Assembly (NCBI GenBank): GCA_964035545.1
Contig: OZ037767.1
Coordinates: 23,514,628-23,578,627, forward strand
DNA from: Bugula neritina
Taxonomy: Eukaryota; Animalia; Bryozoa
Direction: 5' to 3'
DNA: 64,000 nucleotides
Part shown: piece by piece, positions 56,518 to 64,000 of the stretch
How the letters are laid out: each line of letters opens with the position of its first letter
Position numbering within the stretch: position 1 is the first letter of the stretch
Translations under genes and position numbers: made by a program
Notes under the pieces: model-generated
The model's input: the letters and a program-made list of their open reading frames with translations, nothing else
Databases searched by the model: none
What the model was told of the DNA's origin: nothing

Positions 56518-59500
56518 CTATCTTCTACTGCGCTTGTCCAGTAAGCAAAAGAACTGCGTGACCAGCTTATACATGCCTACAGCTCAACACCTGCATGGTC
56601 ATTCAGCATTAGGTATTGGTGTTACCTAACTCATTAATTATCTAAACAAATATTAGATAATGAATCACAATAATGCAGATGTCATATATGAACACATTTA
56701 TGTTAACAGTAGCTTCATGTTATATAGTTTTTATAACAATGACAAAGTATGTATTGCATTGCTGACGTTCATAAGAGATGACTAGTAATCTAAAAAGTAC
56801 ATTTCTCCATAGATACAAAAATGTGTACAATTAGTTTAAGTATTTAAACTGCTTTGTCACTACTTTAATGAAGTACACTGTAAAAACAATGGCAATGTAA
56901 AATTGGTACATTTACTACCTTGTACCAACTCTAGAATACTCACCACTATAACTTATATAAACTTCTGTAAATTCAAATGCAAAATGCATACTTCTAGAAA
57001 ATAGCTGTGCAACTTTTATTACATGCATTATTTTGTTTTATATCTTAAATTTATGAACCATGAGATCATTTTTCAAAATGTTTGAATTAAGTGCTCAAAA
57101 ATGCAATTAAAATTTCTTTTTCCTGAACAAATACCCTGGTGCAGTTTGACCATGACCCCTAACTGTTTTGGCAAAACACATTTAATGACATTTTTATTGA
57201 CATAGTGGTGATGGAGCTGGTTGTTTTTGGCAGTTGGGTAGACTTGAAGCTCAGCAGTTTTTAAACAATTCTGATTGGCAGGATTTTACACGATCAGTTG
57301 TTGTTTGTATCTGATTGGCCTAATAATGCATTTGCATTAGAGTTTTATATAAGTTAAAATGGTGATATTTTAGAGTTCGTACACACCTCTTTTGGGTTGA
57401 GTTTTATAGTCTGTTCATGCTGTAGTCATCTACCACAACAGTGTATAGGGAAATATTAGTATTACGAAATCTGTTTTGGCTTACTTTGCTATGCCAATAT
57501 TTTGACTTTATAGTTATTTGTAATCAACTATGTTGGCAGTTATAACTTAGGGTGATTTCATTAAAGGTAGACATTGCTTAGGGCTTAGGCTTTAGGCCTT
57601 GGGGCTTAGAACATCAAATCAACCAGTGCTGTTACTTGGTTATTTTGTGAAGCAGTAGTGAAAGCATAGCACACTAGCACAGTCACTGAGCTGCAATAAC
57701 AGTGGCTACACCAAACTCATCAGTTCTATTATAATATCTTATGTAAGGTATGTCAAAACACTAGCCTATTCTGATACGCATCTATATATGATATTATGTG
57801 GTTACAAAAAGCATTATGCATGTTCTGTGAGAATAAAATTACATCAGTTCATAATTATTTTCATATTTTTAAAAGCTCATTAGACTAAACAATATGAAAA
57901 CCAATTATTAAATCTATAGTTGGCATAGTATAGTTGCTGTCCGATTATTCTACAACAATTGATTAAATTAATCTATTATAACTTCAGAGTTATTGATTGT
58001 ATATGATGACATACTACGTATTTCTTGTATTTACTATAATATGCTGCAGTATGTACATAAAATTATTAACATATTTTATTTATCTTGTGTATTTATTTGA
58101 CAAAATTCAAGATTATCAAGTTATAATAAATCATGAAGGAGTTGAATTCCAATGCCAGTTTGAAGTAGCTAATTTTGTTTTAAAATTTTAGAGTGGGCAA
58201 AGACAACTCTAAGGGGAGGGTCAAATTATTAAATAGAAACATGCTTACAACATGATTGGACAGTCACATTGGCGCTCCACCCCTAAATACACGTGGTTTA
58301 TTCAAGAGTCACTTTAACCCTTTAAGTTACTTGATTATCGTGAACTCAGAAGTCAAGGTGAACATCATCTTTTAGTCATGTAGATTCATCTAGATTCTAG
58401 CTTAACTTCGCACTAGTGTCATGCAAAAAAATCTGTCATCTCACATTTATATGGTATGTGATACCCTCAATTTTATACTAGTAAACCACCTAAATAGATT
58501 ACATTCGTTCAGAATGAGAATTCAGATCACATGCGTACTGTTACTGTTAGACTAAGACTTGGAGTTAGTGGTATAGTTATACTTAGTCCTACTCTTTTTC
58601 TTATACTTATAGTTATAGTTATAGTAAGTATAGTAGTTAATGTTTTACTCCTAGTGATACTCATAGTGATATTCATTGCGATAACCATTGTGACTGGCTT
58701 AGGCTGAAACTTTGAGTGAATACCATTCACATTGAGTTTGACATTGTTACACTTATTGTGTAAGTTCATTGCACAACTACTACTAGTGTCTCAAATTCAA
58801 TATTAGTATGAATATAGCAATGGTATGATTACCATCAATCTGAGAGTTAAATATATATTTAAATAACTCAATTAAGCAGGTGTAAGGTAAACTGTGAGGC
58901 TAGCCAGCTTTATTCGATGTGTTTTTAGTTTCAATTTGAGTTCCATGATTTTCATGATAGTGGTTATTATTGTCACTTTATGGACCAGGATTATGATGGT
59001 AATGCCAACGGTAGCAATGATAATGATGATTATAACTAGTCATAGTCACCATCATAATGATTATTATTACATGTCATCAGTAGTATTCTTATTATGTTGA
59101 GAAGTATGGTTGTAAGTTATCACTGCTATTTGTTATGGTTATCATGATTTGCTACGGAAATCACAACGGCAACAAAGATAGGCTTGTTTGATGATTGCAA
59201 GTGTATTGTGATGTGTATTTTTACTATAACTATGAGCTGCAGTGTTCTTAGTAGTATTGTTACTGTAATACTTGTAGTAGTAGTACTAACACTAGCTTAC
59301 TGGTAGTAGTACTAGTATGACTATATCATACTCACTTTAACTGTTGAGATTTCAAATAAATCTTGTTTCAACACTCCATCTTGGGTTACCTCCATCAGGT
59401 ATAGCAATTGTTATAATCATACTAATCATGAAAATCTACAATAGCAATATCAAGAAATACTCAATAACTTTTACATTGTAATTTGGTTGACTAATAGATG

Positions 59501-60551
59501 TGCAAATTATAGCTTGTAGCAATTTAAGTTTATGCTTCATTTGATACAAAGCTGAGAACGATTGCAAAAAGTACTAGTCCAAGGTTTGTCAGAAGTAGTA
59601 GTGTTGGTAAAGTCTCGTTAGTTTTAAAAGAATTTTAACTGGACATATATTTATAGTGAGTTAGAGTTTCAAACTTTAACCCTATAAAGTAAAGCTACTA
59701 ATATAATGAACATTGTCAATATTGCACATGATTTATAACCAGTAATGGTAGTAATAAAAGTACCAGTAGTAATAGTAATAATGTGTATTACTGTTACTGT
59801 TCACTATCACTATATTCTATCACTATCAGTTATATTGCTATGACATGCGTTGCCCTCAAATTTAGTTAATCGATATCAAGAATAATTATGCATAGGCTAT
59901 TATTATTATATTTTATCGTTTAGACCTAGTTCTACTAAACTGGAATGAATAGAATTTCTTTCAAATCGTAGTATTTTAGCAAGGCTGCCTGTTGATTCCG
60001 AGGTGTAATTTTTCTCTGTAATTCTGGATGGTGCCATGCTATCTAAAATTCCATAAATATCTCCAGAAACTCCAATTACTATGGGGGGGGAGGTGATTTT
60101 CGCTAAAGTTTGTTAAATGTCGGTCAGTTTTAGTGGCAGATCCTTGTATTTTTCTTTTTTTCTCTGATTCTTTTTTTACCCAGTACTTGCCAGGATCAGC
60201 TCTATCAGCTACTGCAATATCAAGCCTCATGTCTTTGGTGACCTGTTCACTTTTTCAATGTGTATGTTGAAATAGTTGAAATACATCTATGCTGCCACTT
60301 TTCATTACTGATTTCACTCTGCGTTCAAACCAGCTATTACTTTTGTAAAATCTGTTAACTCTCTAGGAGTTGTGCAGACTCTGAAGATTATTTTGAGTTG
60401 ATGAATAATATGAGTGACAAGTATTGAGTGACAAATACATTGGAAATCATTACACATTCATAAGTAAAAGGGAGAATGCTGCCATTTGCTGACCTTTCAC
60501 TTCATGACAGCTAGTGGTCAGCAGGCCAAGCTGAATATAGTTATTTGTTTC

Positions 60552-60775
60552 AGTTGTTTGAACAGTGAAAGCCTTTGTGAAAATATATTCCATCCATTTC
60601 AAATGTGCAAGAAAATCATTGTAATTAACTTTGCTATTTTAAAATGAAACATTGAATCTTGTGAAAGAATAATTGAATGGGGGAGGGGCTTATAGCACAC
60701 ATGGATGATCTTCTTACACATTTGAAATGGATGGAATAATATATCTTCACAAAGGCTTTCACTGTTCAAATAACT
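60552..60775. repeat. Inverted repeat, about 68-bp arms with about 85-nt spacer (fold-back element)
   Basis: TTTGAACAGTGAAAGCCTTTGTGAA..ATTCCATCCATTTCAAATGTG pairs with CACATTTGAAATGGATGGAAT..TTCACAAAGGCTTTCACTGTTCAAA. Confidence 0.88.
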
Positions 60776-60880
60776 AAACTTCCTTAATCATTATGATACT
60801 AACAATAGCAGAACAAATATTTGAACCAAAGTTTTCAATTTACCAAGATAGATAGATGTTAGCTGTGATAGTTTATAGGC

Positions 60881-61504
60881 ACTATCCCTGTTAGAACCCC
60901 TGATGGAGAGGTTTTTTTAAAAATTGGACTAAAGACCTATTCCAAACACTAAGTTTCCATTATCGCATTATGCGAATGGATTTTTTCATTGGGGGGGGGG
61001 GGGGGAAGCCATAGAACTAGTTGCATCGAAGTAAAACAGCATGCGAAAATATTCAATCTAACGGCTCCTCCTTCGGATAAATCTAATGAAACCTTTTGTG
61101 ATGGAGGCAGAGATCGGCGATTGTAGCGACTAGTTACATAGTTAAGCAATGTAAACAATAATTATAAGTACAACCTACGCCAAAGTGCTCTTCGGCTCAT
61201 AATTTAAATTATTTTATTTATCTTAGCTGCTATTATTTATAATAATTACCAAGCATCTTAAATTTATATAACATTTCAGTAAGCCAAAGCATTCCCAAGC
61301 TAAAAATAAGTTGACAGCTATTTTCATTTTGAAAATTTAAATTACTCTTGAGATTCATTGCTCACATGGAAATGCAGTGCACGTGGCACAGGAGCAATTA
61401 TAACTGGCTGCTTTTCCTACTATCACCAATGACCTTTGCTGGGAACCTAACCTCTGAGTCCCTGATTACTAAGCCAGTTCTCTAACCCCTAGACCACAGT
61501 TGCT
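60881..61504 (-). mobile_element. tRNA-derived SINE copy split by a 433-bp insertion (60947-61379)
   Basis: AGAACCCCTGATGGAGAGG..AAAGACCTATTC (60893-60942) and GGCACAGGAGCAATTATAACTGG..TCTAACCCCTAGACCAC (61385-61497) are contiguous in the other copies; insert ends CACTAAGTTTCCAT / ATGGAAATGCAGTG. Confidence 0.65.
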
Positions 61505-64000
61505 ACCTTAGGCGCATGTATAAGTACATACATACTTGTTACCTTACACGGAGCCTGAGACTTGGCTATTCATGAAATACTATTAGGGCTAAATATATAC
61601 ATGTTTTGTAGATACCAGCATGCTAAATCAAATGCTTTTATCTGCTAAAATATTACCAAGTATGTTATTGCCATTACTGTGCTAATGATAAAAACATACT
61701 ATACATGGGATGTGAAATGAGACCATCTAAACAAGAGGAAAAAACAAGATTTCCTTTATCTTTCAAAACTGCTGTTTAATTTAGTACTTAATTGTAGTAC
61801 CTCGTGGTTGTCAGCTCTTGGATAAAATAGTGACTGAAATGTGCTGCAAGTGGAGTCATGCTTGTACTATGTTTGTGCAGTTAAAGTCCTAATACATCCC
61901 TTTAAATGCCTCACCTTCTTAATTTGGAGTTGTCTTGTAATGAGGGGGTCATATTTCTGCACCAGTTGTTACAAAATTTGTAGCGTCTGGAAATTCATGT
62001 AGAATAAAAACAGTCAGGTGTTTTAGTAAGTCTTGTCAGCTATAATCGCATATATTGTTGTGTAACATTAGGCTGTAAATACATTGTATAAGGATATTTG
62101 TGACTGCTGGCATTAGTATCAAAAAGGTGGAGAGGTCAGGCTTACACACAAATTTGTTGTAACGATCTATAAAGTTGTGTGATGTAGTAGAACATAATAC
62201 TATATAGTGTAATAAGATGTGATATAACATGATGTAATAACATATATTATAATATGATGCAGTATAATGTAAGAAGATATATTATAATATAGTAAGATAT
62301 AGTATTATGTAATAATAGATATAGTATTACATAATAAATTTGGTATAATATAGTATGGCCTTGCATGTTTAATTTTAAAGCAGCATGATACAATGTAATA
62401 TATATGTTATGACCTTGACATAATTTACTAATATAAAAACATCCCATCTAGTCCTGGAAAGTATAGATGCATACAAGATGTTAATATCAACCTTGCATGT
62501 AAAAAAGTGATATTTGTCATCAACACAGCTTAGCGTTACCTGTAGGTATGCTTTAAATATTATACTGGATTTCTACTGGTGTTGGCAATCATTCTATTAG
62601 CCAATTAGCTGATCTTTGTGTAATATCTTTATAAGATTGAGAAGGCAAAAAACTCAGTATTGATCTTTCAGTGATTTGCTGTTATTGAAAATATGAAATT
62701 GGTATAATTTGTTTAAAACTAGTATCAAATGGGGTATCTTTAGTGCTCTAAATGAAAAATATATATTTATATATACACACAATATTAAGTTTGTAGTATT
62801 TTATTCAGACTTTTTCTATTAGAATAATATTTTGACAAAATAAGTTAGTTTGAAGTTCTGCTTATTCTGCATGATTTACCTTCTTTCTAGTAAATCTGCT
62901 GCAACAAATGAAATCACTGGGGCAATAAGTTTTTCCTTCCTTGTTACTTGTTTGATTAACAAATCATTTAATCTCTCCTAATACTATTCAATGCAAGCAT
63001 TGTTATTTAGCTACTAACTATAGGCCCCTATTATTCATCTTCGTTTCACAAATATTACAAGTGCAAAAATGTGAAAATTCAACTTGCTGCTTTGAGCACA
63101 CGTGTACTGTATTTCATTTCATCTGTAGTAACAAACAGAAACATGATTGGGGGTTAAAGGTTACACCAATTCACTAACAATAGCATCAATAATTATGTTG
63201 AACGCTGCAATATGACAGTAATCAACTGTGTACAAGTGATATTGAAGCCTTAAGTAGGGCAGTGGCAATCAACCTCATTCAACCAGTGAATCTAACACAT
63301 GCAGAAAGAGACAGTGGCAATGATGCTGAACCTTCCTGAAACATTGCAACTGTATGCATCAGCCATATATTGCTTCCACTTAGCTGCTGGTTTCACTGGT
63401 CCCACAGTTGAACATCTTTAGATACTCCCCCCCCTCTCCTTAGCCACAGTGTATTAGAAAGTCTCATCACCAACGACATGAGTACTAAACTTAATAACTT
63501 ATTGGTACGTATCTTCATATAATGGTAAAGATATCAAGAGTGATGAAATACTAGATATTGGCTAAGGGATGAGTAAAAGTAGATTTCCACACATGCATTT
63601 GGACAAGTCTGCATGTACTTGTAGTGGACAACCTGAATGCCAGTGACAAAACCAGGCAAGTTGATGACTTTCAGCAGAAAAGTGAATTAGTCAATACTGA
63701 TGAGATTTTCGCCTGATTTGAGAGGGAGAGGAGAGAAATAAATTTAGTATAACTGTTTGTAAATAAATATACTCCAGAAACTCTATTTGTTAGACTCCGA
63801 AATTGGTCCTATTTAAAATCTAAATTCGTTTTAGAGTTGTAGCCCAAAATACACCATATTTTATGTAGCCTGCATTCCACTATGTTTTTATGACATGACA
63901 ATTTACCTGTTGCATTGCAATATCTACATCTTAAATTTGATCTCTGATTACAATAAGAAAGTTAAGAAAGCATATCTAACACAGATCAGTGGTTGTTTCC

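Overview
AT-rich, intron-dense eukaryotic (invertebrate metazoan-like) genomic DNA; there are no prokaryotic features. Positions 1-47770 (+) hold a 5'-truncated VPS13D lipid-transfer protein gene. I assembled 67 exons by hand with consistent splice phases (about 3,985 codons in the window, stop at 47768-47770); it appears to lack the UBA domain. Intron 23 contains a 7.1 kb hAT-type DNA transposon (14162-21294; 14-bp TIRs, perfect 8-bp TSD AATATAAC). I found no transposase in it, but it carries a decayed spliced gene resembling the P2X7 cytoplasmic ballast domain and a 90-bp palindrome. Many VPS13D introns contain private minisatellites that copy the neighbouring splice site. One intron is made entirely of a tandem repeat, and another has a ladder of 11 in-frame AG|GT acceptors. 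Converging on the minus strand (about 48926-56517) is a multi-exon gene for a single-pass type I membrane protein with syndecan-like motifs. MITEs (TTA, TTAA and TA target sites), a tRNA-derived SINE family and microsatellites are scattered throughout. Most short ORFs in the supplied track are exon read-throughs or repeat artefacts. All homology calls come from recalled family motifs, not database searches.
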